Shown here: piece by piece, positions 1 through 12,620 of the stretch
How the letters are laid out: the number at the start of each line of letters is the position of its first letter
How positions within the stretch are numbered: the stretch's first letter is position 1
Origin: Chiloscyllium plagiosum
Lineage: Eukaryota
NCBI RefSeq assembly: GCF_004010195.1
Contig: NC_057719.1
Coordinates: forward strand, 76,050,882-76,114,881
Direction of reading: 5' to 3'
DNA length: 64,000 nt
Notes under the pieces: generated by a model
The model's database searches: none
What the model was told of the DNA's origin: nothing
What the model saw: the letters and a program-made list of their open reading frames with translations, nothing else
Translations under genes and position numbers: made by a program

Positions 1-119
1 TAGCTTCATTGTACCAAACTGAGTTGATGAAGTCTATTTGTTTCTGTAAGTTAGTTAAACATAAATTAATGTGATTAAGAGTTTATCCTACGAAAAGCTG
101 ACTGAAGCCAAAAGGGTAG

Positions 120-2100
120 CTGGGGAGATACTAGGTCCTCTTAAAGAACAGCAAGGCTGCCTATGTGTGGAACCGGAGGGCACAGTGGAGCCACTAATCA
201 AGCATTTTGCATCAGTGTTTACTGTGGAGAAGGATATGGAAGATAGAAAATGTGGGGAAATAAATAGTGACAGCTTGAAAAATGTCCAAATTACAGAGGA
301 GAAGATGCTGGATGTCTTAAAACACCAAAAGGCAGATAAATCCCTGGGACCTGATCATGTGTACCCTAGAACTCTGTGGGAAGCTGGGGAAGTGATTGCT
401 GGGCCCCTTGCTGAGATATTTGTATCATCAATAGTCACAGGTGAGGTGCCAGAAGACTGGAGGTTGGTTAACGTGATGCCACTGTTTAAGAAGGGTGGTT
501 AGGACAAGCCAGGGAACTATAGATCAGTGAGCCTGACATTGGTGGTGGGCAAATTATTGGAGGGAATCCTGAGGGACAGGATTTACATGCATTTGGAAAG
601 CAAGGACTGATTAGGGATAGTCAACATGGTTTTGTGCGTGGGAAATCATGTCTCACAAACTTGACTAAGTTTTTTGAAGTAGCAACAAACAGGATCATTG
701 AGGGCAGAGCAGTGGACATGATCTATACGGACTTCAGTAAGCTGTTTTACAAGATTCCTCATGGAAGACTGGTTAGCAAGATTTGATCACATGGAATACA
801 GGGAGGACTAGCCATTTGGATACAGAATTGGTTCAAAGGTAGAAGACAGAGGGTGGTGGTGGAGAGTTGCTTTTCAGACTGGAGGCCTGTGCCCAGTGGA
901 GTGCCACAAGATCGGTGCTGGGTCCACTGTTTTTGTCATTACATAAATAATTTGGATGTGAACATAAGAGATATAGTTAGTAAGTTTGGCAGATGACACC
1001 AAAATCGAAGATGTAGTGGGCAGTGAAGAAGGTTACCTCAGATTACAACAGGATCTTGATCAGATGGGCCATTGGGCTGAGGAGTGGCAGATAAAGTTTA
1101 ATTTAGATAATGCGAGATGCTGCACTTTGGAAATCAAGGCAGGACTTATGCACTTAATGCTAAGGTCCTGGGCAATGTTGCTGAACAATCAGATCTTGGA
1201 GTACAGGTTCATAGCTCCTTGAAAGTGGAGTCACAGGACAGGATAGTGAAGAAGGCAATTGGTATGCTTGCCTTTATTGGTCAGTACACTGAGTTACAGG
1301 AAATGTGAGGTTATGTTGCAGCTGTACAGGACATTGGGTAGGCCACGATTGGAATACTGCATTCAATTCTGGTCTCCCTGCTGTCGGAAAAATGTTGTGA
1401 AACTTGAAAGGGTTCAGAAAAGATTTACAAGGATGTTGCCAGGTTTGGAGGATTTGAGCTATAGGGAGAGGCTGAATAGGCTGGGGCTGTTTTCTCTGGA
1501 GCATCATAGGCTGAGGGGTGACCTTATAGAGGTTTATAACATCATGAGGGGCGTGGATAGGGACAAGATCTTTTCCCCAGGGTGGTCGAGTCCAAAACTG
1601 GAGAGCATAGGTTTAGGGTGAGAGGGTAAGATTTAAAAGGGACCTAAGGGGCAATGTTTTCACACAGAAGGTGGGACATGTATGGAATGAGCTGCCAGAG
1701 CAAGTGGAGGAGGCTGGTATAATTATAACATTTAAAAGGCATCTAGGTGGGCATAATAATAGGAAGGGTTTAGAGGGATATGGGCCAAATGCTGGCAAAT
1801 GGGACTAGATTTATTTAGACAGAGAACAGCCAGGGAATCCCTAGAGGCATGGCATTCATCCACAAACTCCATCAACAAACACATCGACCTGGACCCAATA
1901 TACCAACCACTACAGCGGACAGCTGAAACTGACAAACGGAAGCGGCAGGGACAGACCACTATAAACACCGGAGGAAACACCAAAGAAGCGCTTCGCAGGA
2001 GGCTAGCTCGGCGAACAGAACCACAACAGAATTTCTGGTCGGCATGGATGAATAGGACCAAAAAGGCAGTTTCTATGCTGTATATCTCAATGACTCCATG
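120..2100 (+). mobile_element. 5'-truncated, decayed CR1-clade LINE (ORF2 RT through 3' UTR)
   Basis: Fragmentary ORFs carry CR1 ORF2 motifs (KSLGPDHVYPRTL, VPEDWR, ADDTK, LEYCIQFWSP, RLRGDLIEVY) with stops and frameshifts. The 3' UTR is interrupted at ~1812-2030. Confidence 0.9.
1812..2030 (+). mobile_element. Penelope-like element 3' fragment (end of the GIY-YIG region) inserted in the CR1 3' UTR
   Basis: QRTARESLEAWHSSTNSINKHIDLDPIYQPL. It is homologous to the reverse complement of ~58500-58780 but lacks the hammerhead segment found there. Confidence 0.75.
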
Positions 2101-2569
2101 AATACTGAAACTTTGTCACTTGATAGAATGGGAACTTTACATAGCTTTCATTGAACAATCTATCCCAATTATAGCAAGTTTTTTGACTTGGGCTTCCTTG
2201 ATTCCACAAAGTACAATCAATAGATTAATATTTAAGACTGTAAAGTACATCATGTATTTGTATAAAACATTGCCAAACCATTTGAACAAGTAATGAAACC
2301 ATTCTAAGAACAGCTGTAAAGAGATTGTGAATAATCCAAACACAACCATTAATCTCTTGTAGTTGAATAGAATATAAAAATGAAGATAATATAATTGATG
2401 GTGTTACTCTGAAAGCAGAATAGATGACAGCAGAGAGAAAAGGAGAACGATGTAGAGACTTAGACACCCACAATAGAGGGCTGCATTCAGTAGTCTGTAA
2501 TGTATAGATGTAAATAAGGGTATTACATTACTGAAGTGAGTGAGAGAGCCTTACTGTCAGATAAGACCA

Positions 2570-2730
2570 AGTTCTCGTCCAACAGGTTTATTTGAAATTA
2601 CAAGCTTTCAAAGCGCTCCTCCTTATTCACCTGATGATTTCAGATCAACCTGTTGGACTATAAACCTGTTGGCGTCATGTGACTTCAGATTTTGTCCACA
2701 CCAGTCCATCACTGGCACTTCCACATTAGA
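2570..2730. mobile_element. Degenerate PLE-type terminal-repeat relic with internal inverted copies (ccaacaggttt...aacctgttgg)
   Basis: The inverted motif is visible directly, plus a ctgatga remnant. Family assignment is from memory of shark repeats. Confidence 0.45.
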
Positions 2731-3592
2731 TAAGACTGAACTATGGATCCTAGAGACCAAGAGGATTGGTAACTTAGTAAAGCCAACAACCTCTTAAGAG
2801 TGCATGAGTAAACAACCACAGTCAGGGATATTAAGGTAAAGTACTTACAACTGCCAGCTATCTAGCAGCATTCACTTAAAGCATAGAATAAAGCAACACC
2901 TTTTCATGCCACATTGCCCCCAACATCCCTGCCCCCACCTGCAATTTCCTCATTGCGTTACAATTTGATATGTGTTAGTTTCCTTTTAGAACACACTGAG
3001 CCAAAACTTCCAGAGCAAGTGTGAAAGATCCCATGGATGTCCCGACTTATGGATCCATGTGGGAATTACCAGTTGAAACAACCTTTCCATGTCCAACTTG
3101 TCAAGACCATTTAGGATCTTATGTACTTTAGTCAAATCACCGCTTTGACTTGCTGCAAGTGGAAATAAGCCTGGACTGTGCAACCTTTCCTCATCAGACA
3201 ACCCATTCAATCCATCTATGACATCTCTGGTTTTAAGTCTTATTAAGGAGATGAGTGCAAGGGAGGGTTGGTACTTGGAGAAATCATCAGCTAAGGCTGT
3301 AACCTAATATCCTTCTCTCTCCACAATGCATACTTCTAACCATATTTAGATTAATAGCTCTGACCTGGTGGGACTGTACAACACAAATTGAATTAATATG
3401 CAATACAGATAACAATATAATTAATTTTAGTGTCATGCAATATAAATGAAACCTGTTCCACCACTTACAAAGGTATTTAGACATTACTCTTGTTGTTTTA
3501 TTCATAATAAATATTCATTGCTTTGTGCTCTGGTTCATGTTTTATCATGGTACAACACAAGAGTGTTTTCACCGAGCACCAGGCTACCATAC

Positions 3593-3734
3593 CTCTGCCA
3601 GCCCTGCTGAGAAGTGATTACAGTTCTTGTGCATGAGATGGTAGGCATTGCCCTTGAACTCCTTTCCAAGCTCTTCAATAATCTTGTCGATATCTTCCTC
3701 TGTAAAGTCTGTGGTGCCGAGAGCGATGGCCTCT
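3593..3734 (-). CDS. DESI2: DESI2/PPPDE1 internal coding exon, 142 bp, equivalent to exon 4, carrying the catalytic Cys (NCN motif)
   Basis: ttttcttttattcag|A GAG GCC... = [47 protein letters not shown]|gtatgg. It completes the split AA/A Lys codon from the previous exon. Confidence 0.95.
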
Positions 3735-5164
3735 CTGAATAAAAGAAAACAATTTTTGTATCAGGGTTTCTTTTTGAAGGTGCAGACCCCTCATTGTGTT
3801 GCTCACCATGAAGCAGAGAACGTACTGTACATGCCCATCAGGATGGCCTCCCACATATTACCGGGGGTCACTGACTAACTCACTGAATAAATCATTTTCC
3901 AAATTTACTACATGCCGTTCTGTGTTGTAGAGGTGGACTTACATGACTCATCAGGTTTCTGTGATAACTCGGAATCAACAGCCTTGATTTTTACTGCACG
4001 TTCTCTTACCAATATACCCAAGTTTCGTCTCCGGTACAAAGCCACAGATGCACTGAATGGTAGTGAGCAGAATATACTAGTTTTGAGAGATATGTTTGGG
4101 CCTCAAAACCATTGCACCAGCTACCATAGCTTTTCCAGCCTCTCCTGCGTCTCACCACCAACCAATCCCCTGCCCTTGCCAACCCAATTCCCACCTCCTG
4201 GCTCCTTCCCAGGTCCTCAAGCTCTACTTTTACATCTAAAATTGGCACAACAAAACATCATATGAATGATGTATCTTGCTCCCATTCTCCTGACTCAAGC
4301 TTTTTCACCGGTCTGTCTATTTTTCCTGTTTGAAGCCCAGATAAGCACATAAGGAAAAGAGCAGGAATGGGTCTTTACACAATATAATCATCTTTGACTT
4401 GTAGAGGGATCACAAAACAAGACAGTTCGGCCTCATGCAATACTGACTAAAGCCTCTCATACATAATCCATCCTGATATTGGATAGTCTTTAATAACAGC
4501 TATCTTGCCTGAGATTACAATTTCTGGGTGAAGAGTGCTAAGAATATATTTACTGCCCGTTCACTCTGAATAAAATTAAGTAATCCAGTGCGCAGTCAGA
4601 GCATCCTCTCTCACCATTCAGTTTCAAACTGATCAGAGCATTTGGTAACAAGGCCATCAGCAACTCACAGCTGAATGTTCCACAAAACATTTATTAAGAT
4701 AATAGCAGCCGAAAAGGTGAAGCATTTCTGAATGCGGCACTTCTTCACTTACAGATCAAGACCTACTTCGCAGTCAGGTTGTTATAATATTGATGAAAAG
4801 GCCTGGGTACCTTGGGTAGAATGCTTCAATTAACTCTTCTTCATATACTATCCAACTGGGCTTTCTAGTAGCTCGTGGTGAAGGACGATGTATGAATAAG
4901 TCTCAGCAAAACTTACCTCAGATAACAATAGGTTTATCTCACCTGAGTGACGAAATTTATTGGGGCCAATGTTTCACTGGCGAGATATTCCTATTCCAAT
5001 GCATGTAGTGTAGATAGGACCTTGCAGCATCTCCATTGTTGCACACTCTGAGGTACACTGAAATTTCTTATGCCTGGTCCCTTCTGAAAGTCTACTTCTA
5101 AGTTGGAGATGTTGGAGGGTTCTTAGGAAATTAAGTAACTTAAGGAGAAGTTACACTACTAAAT

Positions 5165-5368
5165 ACATACTGCCCTCATGACATGTCTATCTTCCTTCCC
5201 ACCCATCTGCTCCACCCTCCTCTCTGACCTATCGCCATTACCCCTACCTTCATCTACCTGTTGCACTCTCAGCCATCTTCCCTCTCATCCCCACCCCCCC
5301 GCCCCCTTCATTTATCTCTCCATGCCCTTGGCCCACAAGCTTCATTCCTGAAACGTCAATTCTCTTGC
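5165..5368 (+). mobile_element. PLE 3' fragment with the hammerhead core deleted
   Basis: Pyrimidine-rich tract followed by ...atttatctctc...cattcctgaaacgtcaattctc, similar to the copies at 43862-44050 and 62210-62425. Confidence 0.65.
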
Positions 5369-5369
5369 T

Positions 5370-5853
5370 AAGATATTTGTATCATCGATAGTCACAGATG
5401 AGGTGCCGGAAGACTGGAGGTTGGCAAACGTGGTGCCACTGTTTAGGAATGGCGATAAAGACAAACCAGGGAACTATAGACCGGTGAGCCAGACCTCGGT
5501 GGTGGGCATGTTGTTGGAGGGAATCCTAAGGGACAGGATGTACATGTATTTGGAAAGGCAAAGTCCCTAGGGAGTGTTGCTGAACAAAGAGACCTTGTTG
5601 TGCAGGTTCATAGCTCCTTGAAAGTGGAGTCGCAGGTAGATAGGATAGTGAAGAAGGCCATAAGACCATAAGACCATAAGACATAGGAGTGGAAGTAAGG
5701 CCATTCGGCCCATCGAGTCCACTCCGCCATTCAATCATGGCTGATGCGCATTTCAGCTCCACTTACCAGCGTTCTCCCCGTAGCCCTTAATTCCTCTAGA
5801 CAACAAGAATCTATCAATCTCGGCCTTGAAGAGGACTTCATTGAGTTGTAGAA
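5370..5853. mobile_element. Mosaic of CR1 fragments next to an assembly gap: + strand ORF2 pieces at 5370-5658 and a - strand 3' tail with (agaccata)n at 5659-5853
   Basis: The + pieces match 414-600 and 1165-1256 of this window. The - piece ends in a tandem 8-mer tail typical of CR1. Confidence 0.75.
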
Positions 5854-6463
5854 NNNNNNNNNNNNNNNNNNNNNNNNNNNNNNNNNNNNNNNNNNNNNNN
5901 NNNNNNNNNNNNNNNNNNNNNNNNNNNNNNNNNNNNNNNNNNNNNNNNNNNNNNNNNNNNNNNNNNNNNNNNNNNNNNNNNNNNNNNNNNNNNNNNNNNN
6001 NNNNNNNNNNNNNNNNNNNNNNNNNNNNNNNNNNNNNNNNNNNNNNNNNNNNNNNNNNNNNNNNNNNNNNNNNNNNNNNNNNNNNNNNNNNNNNNNNNNN
6101 NNNNNNNNNNNNNNNNNNNNNNNNNNNNNNNNNNNNNNNNNNNNNNNNNNNNNNNNNNNNNNNNNNNNNNNNNNNNNNNNNNNNNNNNNNNNNNNNNNNN
6201 NNNNNNNNNNNNNNNNNNNNNNNNNNNNNNNNNNNNNNNNNNNNNNNNNNNNNNNNNNNNNNNNNNNNNNNNNNNNNNNNNNNNNNNNNNNNNNNNNNNN
6301 NNNNNNNNNNNNNNNNNNNNNNNNNNNNNNNNNNNNNNNNNNNNNNNNNNNNNNNNNNNNNNNNNNNNNNNNNNNNNNNNNNNNNNNNNNNNNNNNNNNN
6401 NNNNNNNNNNNNNNNNNNNNNNNNNNNNNNNNNNNNNNNNNNNNNNNNNNNNNNNNNNNNNNN

Positions 6464-8917
6464 TAAGATTTGCTTTCCCAAAATGCAGCACCTCGCATTT
6501 ATCTGAATTAAACTCCATCTGCCACTTCTCAGCCCATTGGCCCATCTGGTCAAGATCCTGTTGTAATCTGAGGTAACCCTCTTCGCTGTCCACTACACCT
6601 CCAATTTTGGTGTCATCAGCAAACTTACTAACTGTACCTCTTATGCTTGCATCCAAATCATTTATGTAAATGACAAAAAGTAGAGGACCCATCACTGACC
6701 CTTGTGGTACTCTACTGGTCACAGGCCTCCAGTCTGAAAAACAACCCTCCACCATCACCCTCTGTCTTCTACCTTTGAGCCAGTTCTGTATCCAAATGGC
6801 TAGTTCTCCCTGTATTCCTTGTGATCTAACCTTGCTAATCAGTCTCCCATGGGGAACCTTTTCGAACGCCTTACTGAAGTCCACATAGATCACATCTACC
6901 GCTCTGCACTCATCAATCCTCTATGTTACTTCTTCAAAAAACTCAATCAAGTTTGTGAGACATGATTTCTCATGCACAAAGCCATGTTACTATCCCTAAT
7001 GAGTCCTTGTCTTTCCAAAAACATGTACATCCTGTCCTTCAGGATTCCCTCCAGCAACTTACCAACCTCCGAGGTCAGGCTCACTGGTCTATAGTTCCCT
7101 GGCTTGTCCTTACCACCATTCTTAAACAATGGCTCCACGTTAGCCAACCTCGAGTCTTCCAGCATCTCACCTGTGACTATTGATGATACAAATATCTCAG
7201 CAAGAGGTCCAGCAATCACTTCTCGAGCTTCCCACAGAGTTCTAGGGTACACCTGATCAGGTCCTGGGGATTTGTCCACCTTTATGCGTTTCAAGACATC
7301 CAGCACTTCCTCCTCTGTAATTTGGACATTTTGCAAGGTATCACCATTTATTTCCCTACAGTCTATATCTTCCATATCCTTTTCCCCAGTAAATACTGAT
7401 GCAAAATACTCATTTAGTATCTCCCCCATTTTCTGTGGCTTCACACAAAGGCCATCTTGCTGATCTTTGAGGGGCCCTAGTTACCCTTTTGTCCTTAACG
7501 TATTTGTAAAAACCCTTTTGATTCTCCTTAACTCTATTTTCCAAAGCTATCTCATGTCCCCTTTTGGCCCTTTTGATTTCCCTCTTAAGTATACTCTTAC
7601 TGCCTTTATACTCTTCTAAGGATTCACTTAGTCTATCCTGTCAATACCTTACATATGCTTCCTTCTTTTTCTTAACAAAACCCTCAATTTCTTTAGTTAT
7701 CCAGCATTCCCTATACCTACCAGCCTTGCCTTTCACCCTAACAGGAATATACTTTCTCTGGATTCTCGTTATCTCATTTCTGAAGGCTTCCCATTTTCCA
7801 GCCGTCCCTTTACTTGCGAACATCTGTCCCCCCAATCAGCTTTTGAAAGTTCTTGCCTCATACCGTCAAAATTAGCCTTTCTCCAATTTAGAACGTTAAC
7901 TTTTAGATCTGGTCTATCCTTTTCCATCATTATTTTAAATCTAACAGAATTATGGTCGCTGGCCCCAAAGTGCTCCCCCACTGACACCTCAGTCACCTGC
8001 CCTGCCTTATTTCCCAAGAGTAGGTCAAGTTTTGCACCTACTGTAGTAGGTACAGCCATATACTGAATCAGAAAATTGTCTTGTACACACTTAACAAATT
8101 CCTCTCCACCTAAACCCTTAACACTACGGCAGTTTCAGTCTATGTTTGGAAAGTTGAAAACCCCTCCTATAACCATTCTATTATTCTTACAGATAGCTGA
8201 GATCTCCTTACAAATTTGTTTCTCAATTTCCCTCTGACTATTAGGCGGTCTATAATACAATCCCAATAAGGTTTTCACCCCTTTCTCATTTCTCAGTTCC
8301 ACCCAAATAACTTCCCTGGATGTATTTCCAGGAATATCCTCCCTCAGCACAGCTATAATGCTATCCCTTATCATAAATGCTAACACCTCCCCCTCCTCTC
8401 TTGCCTCCCTTTCTATCCTTCCTGTAGCATTTGTATCCTGGAACATTAAGCTGCCAGTCCTGCCCATCCCTGAGCCATGTTTCCATAATTGCTATGATAT
8501 CCCAGCCCCATGTTACTAACCATGCCCTGAGTTCATCTGCCTTCCCTGTTAGGCCCCTTGCATTGAAATAAATGCAGTCTAATTTATTAGTCCTACCTTG
8601 TCCCTGCCTGCCCTGACTGTTTGACTCGCTTCTGTTCTTAACTGTACAGTCTCAGTTTGATCTCTTTCCTCACTATCTCCCTGGGTCCCACCCCCCCCAC
8701 CCGAGCAGTTCTTGCAAATTTCCCTGCCAGTATATTAGTCAACTTCCAATTTAGGTGCAATCTGTCCTTCTTGTACAGGTCACTTCTACCACAAAAGAGA
8801 TTCCAATGATTCAAAAATGTGAATCCTTCTCCCATATACCACTCCTCAGCCATGCATTCATCTGCTCTATCCTCCTATTCCTGCCCTCACTAGCTCATAG
8901 CACCAGGAGTAATCCAG
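6464..8917 (-). mobile_element. CR1 LINE, 3' part (ORF1 C-terminus, ORF2 APE endonuclease and RT), truncated by an N-gap
   Basis: Minus-strand ORFs: YKKDRLHLN (esterase DxxH region), LGLYYRPPNS and SDHNSV (APE), YVDFSKAF, VPQGSVMGPLLF and FADDTK (RT). Confidence 0.93.
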
Positions 8918-9510
8918 TGTTGGGGAAAAGTTAACATGGTTTGCCTGGAAGCCATTTTCCTAATCCAGCTGAGAAACCATTTTGTGTTCCCAGAACTTTG
9001 CTGGCTGCGCATTCCTTACTATGAGGTAATGTGAAAGGTAGGCCTTATCTTCCTGAGGTGTCAAGATATTGTCACCTCCCTTTGATGAATGATCAGTGCA
9101 GGCTGTAGAACCAGTCAAGCTGACATAGACTTGTCAATTAGTCCCACTTCCTTCATGAGTTATTGTCACTTCACGTCATTCAGCTCATTAGGGACATCTC
9201 TGCTTCGTGTTGGTAATCTGTGTAACTAGAACAAATGGTGATACCACTTGTTCTGTCCACTTGTGGAATGCATAATAGTGCTTTAATTTTACCTTAATAA
9301 CTAACCTCTAATTTAGTATCAATTTGTAAGCATACCAAACTGTGAAATTAATAATCAGCTCCTACCTGCTTTCTCTATATAATCCTGTAGTATCCCTGAT
9401 GTACTTCGGAATAACACCGAGCCACAGTTAGGATGGTGAATTCCCCATGATATATCGTGTAATAAACTAATCAGTTCTCAAGGTCTGAGTCTCGAGAGTT
9501 TTCTTCAACA
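8918..9510 (+). repeat. ERV 5' LTR (593 bp)
   Basis: TGTTG...CAACA inverted termini, TATATAA at 9376-9382, AATAAA at 9461-9466. Direct repeat of 18671-19261. Confidence 0.97.
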
Positions 9511-9512
9511 AT

Positions 9513-9530
9513 TGATGTAGTCGGCTTGGC
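9513..9530 (+). promoter_or_regulatory. Degenerate primer-binding site, tRNA-Ser-like
   Basis: TGATGTAGTCGGCTTGGC starts 2 nt after the LTR. It matches the recalled tRNA-Ser(AGA/TGA) 3' complement TGGCGTAGTCGGCAGGAT at 12/18 positions, with the core GTAGTCGGC exact. Confidence 0.7.
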
Positions 9531-9939
9531 CTCTGTTTTACGAGGTTAGCTGGACCTGCAGTCTCATTTACTGTGGGGTTTGTCTTCTCAGAGACAGTGC
9601 TTTAAACATTTGTGTTCAGTTGGCTGTTAGAGTGTGAAGGGCCACTCGAAATTACTTTTTTTGGCCACACCAGTGATCCCGACCTGAGCCTTGCAGGCTG
9701 ATCCCCTGAGGGCAAAACGGAATAAGGGAAAGATCACATTAAATTTATTTTTGGTTTAACCTGACCTGAGTTCGCGGGCTGATTCCCCCAGGGCAAGACG
9801 GGAGACGGTCTGTGGCCCAGAACACTGCTTCTGTAAGGAACTTGAGGAGTGGTTGCGGCGCTGCTCTTAGTACTGTTCAGTTGTTTGTCTTTGTGTGTTT
9901 TGGTTGTTTTGTTTCTTTGTTTGCAGGGGCTTGTTTGCG

Positions 9940-11620
9940 ATGGGTTTGCGAGTATCTACAGGATTAATTGAAGCACCGGCCCCCAGATCAAGTCAATCCT
10001 GTTCCACTGTGCAGGCCGGACCCCGTCCTTTTGCCCTCTTGGTGGCTATCGTAAAGCGCCATGGTAAATATGTTCGTTGCAAGAGTAAGGTAGGAGACCC
10101 TCTCGATCCCCCCAGGGTCGCCGGCTGACACCGTCTGGAAGGAGACTGGTGTCAGCCGGTATGCTATCCCTTTCACCTCCGACCTCTACGGATGGTCCCA
10201 TTGCCTTATGGGGTCTCTTTTCGGTTGGATAAGATTGATTACTGGCATGCGAACGTTGAGGGTGGTTACGGGGATCCCTCCTGGGACACGGAGTATATGC
10301 TCGGGTGTCTGGAAAAGGAAGGTGCTAAAGGCCATCAGCCCCCCCAATACTAAAAACCGCTCTCAGCGTTCCAGTGAAGCTGCCGTCCCTGCTGATACCC
10401 CCTATACCGCCCCTCTACTTTATTCCACCCAGTATCCCAAACTTGCCGACCCTACCTCAGATTCCGACTCTCAGGTTGATGAAATTGCTGCTCTTCTGCC
10501 CTCTTGGCTGCATGGTCGGAATGCTGCTCAAGGTGCTGGAGCGGCTGCCCTTCTACACCAACCCAATACCTCACATACTTCGCAGGGTCCTAGTGCTCGA
10601 CCTGCTGGTTCTGATGTGACTGTCCCTGATTCCAGCTCGGAGGCTGTTGCCTCCTCTTCCACTGACAGTGCCACTCCTGGGCAGAGTCGCCACTTCGGCA
10701 TGACTCGCTTCTCCCAGGACACAGCGAAGTACTCCACCCAAGCTCCCCGTGTCATGAATGGGGAAGTCCCTTTTGACAAGCCTCGGACTCATGCTGAGGC
10801 CCATGCTATGCTCCGGGTTGCCCCCGATCCAATTAAGCGTCCCGCTTCCTTCTATGGCTGGCTCCTTCAGGTCTGCGATACTTACAACTGTCTGCCACAG
10901 GATGTTAACACTTTGCTGCGTTTGGCGTACGCGGCTCACTGGGCATCTGTCAAGGGCTCCCCGGTATTCCCTGCAGAGATGTGGGCCAATGGGGAAGCGC
11001 AGGCAGACTGGCTTAAAGACAAGGTTCAACCCATTCTTTTGGCAGCAGCGTGACAGCAGGCAGATTTCGGTGAAGTCACCCGCTGTCGGCAGAAATCTGA
11101 TGGATCATTCCCTGATTTTCTCGCTCGCTTTAAGGAGGTTTGGGAGCCCTCGCGACTAATGACAGATTGACCTCTCAGATCCTTATTCATTGCATGCAGC
11201 CCCGACATGCCCATACTTTTAAGTCTCTTAATCTTGATTGGCAAACTAAAACTTGGGATCAACTCCTTACCTCTCTCACTAACATGGATCAGCAGGGCCT
11301 TTTCGACAACCAAAAGGTGACAGATGTCATTTCCCCGCTTGGTGCAGGCAGAGTTTCAGAATCAGGCTAGTGGCCCAGGAAAGGGGACCGGCAGGGGCCA
11401 GCATGGACGGAGACAGCCACAGCAGGATGTTAGCCAAGATCAGTGCAGGTCGTATGGGAACTTTGGTCACTGGGAGCAGGATTGCCACACTTCACCCCCT
11501 CAGTGGGTTCCTCAGCGGTAACCCGTTTTCCCGGAGCAGCAGCAGCCTTTGCCGGCCAGCTACTCTGTTGGCAACCCCTTCCCCCCCTGCCCTGCAAGCC
11601 CAGAGCTGCTGCATGAGGGA
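9940..11620 (+). pseudogene. gag: ERV gag, disrupted by frameshifts and stops; 3' boundary approximate
   Basis: MGLRVST fits the MGxxxS myristoylation pattern. MHR-like CRQKSDGSFPDFLARFKEVW near 11085-11145. Decayed zinc knuckle C-RS-Y-GNFG-H-WEQD-C at 11444-11485. Confidence 0.85.
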
Positions 11621-12010
11621 GGTTTTGCAAGCCGCTTCCATACGGCTCTCCCACTCCCTGTCCAAGAATCCTATGATGGACGTTGAAATGGGGGAGGGGG
11701 GGAGCCGTACAGTTTCGGTTCTGGTGGACTCCGGGGCCACCCATTCCTCTGCACCTCCCTCAGAGGCTCTTCTTGTCAGCTCTGATACTGTTTGCTCGGT
11801 GGGTGTCTCCAGAGTATCCCTTGAGGAATCTCTGTCAGATCCTATCCTTATTGGTGTTGGTCCACGCACGGTGCCTGACCGGGCTATAATTTCCCCTTCC
11901 TGCCCAGTTGGCCTTTTGGGGTGCCAAACGCTATGCAAACTTAATGCCTCTATTCACTGTTCCCCTCAGGGGCTTACGCCGGAGCTTCCTGGCCCCTGCT
12001 GCATGCTGCT
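11620..12010 (+). pseudogene. pro: ERV aspartic protease
   Basis: VSVLVDSGATHS (DSG at 11727-11735) and C-terminal SCPVGLLGCQTLCKLNASI (relic of the LLGRD motif). Confidence 0.9.
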
Positions 12011-12620
12011 ATGGTTTACCTATCATCCCCGCCCACCCTGACTCCCTCCCTTTATGCTCAGGTGTCCCCCGGCAACCCTGTGCACGCCTCTTTTCTCTCC
12101 TGTCTCCCATCTTTACTGCATGCTCCGCCATTCCCCACGATTTCCTTCCTTTACTGGATCCTTCAGACGAGTCATTTTCTGCGTGACTTCTACTGCGCTG
12201 CGGCGTACTTCACCTACCCTGCGCCGTCCTACCCCGCCCTTGCGGGACCCTGCCTCGATCTGCCCTCTGCCCTGCAGTTGACTGGGCTTTATTTTGTTGG
12301 GCAGCAAGGCTTAGCAGCGGAGGTCCTACTTGCTGCCGACCAGCAGCCATTGTTCCGCTCTGAGACAGTCTCCTTCCCCTACGTCCCGATTGCAGTTAAA
12401 GCCCTGTCACGCCCGCAGGACTTGGGGCACGTGGTGCTCCGGCTCCGGAAGTTGCCGCAGGTATTTCGGACCCTAGACCCGCCCGACCCTGACTCCCTGC
12501 AGGTTGCTGAGCTAGAGCCGGTGGAGTTGTGCATTCGTTGCCGTCCCTTCTCGGTTCCTACGGATTTTGTCCTGCGGACACCACCGCCCCATCCTGACCT
12601 ATGGCAGCCCTATGCTGCTT
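12010..12620 (+). pseudogene. Extra pol domain between protease and RT; putative decayed 2H-phosphoesterase
   Basis: The open frame has DFYCAAAY and FPYVPIAV at positions fitting two HxT/S motifs, plus AAEVLL..Q..LF and QDLGHVV. Confidence 0.6.

Noticed and set aside
5731..6893. Long ORFs of 226-351 aa in the ORF track
   Set aside because: They run through an N-gap. The real portions are CR1 fragments.
11510..11660. Gag-pol readthrough or frameshift signal
   Set aside because: Frames are scrambled by decay (TAA at 11519, a C-run near 11581, TGA at 11614), so the mechanism cannot be inferred from this copy.
10528..11938. Antisense ORFs over gag-pro
   Set aside because: They are short, in GC-rich sequence and lack recognisable motifs; expected shadows of a coding strand.
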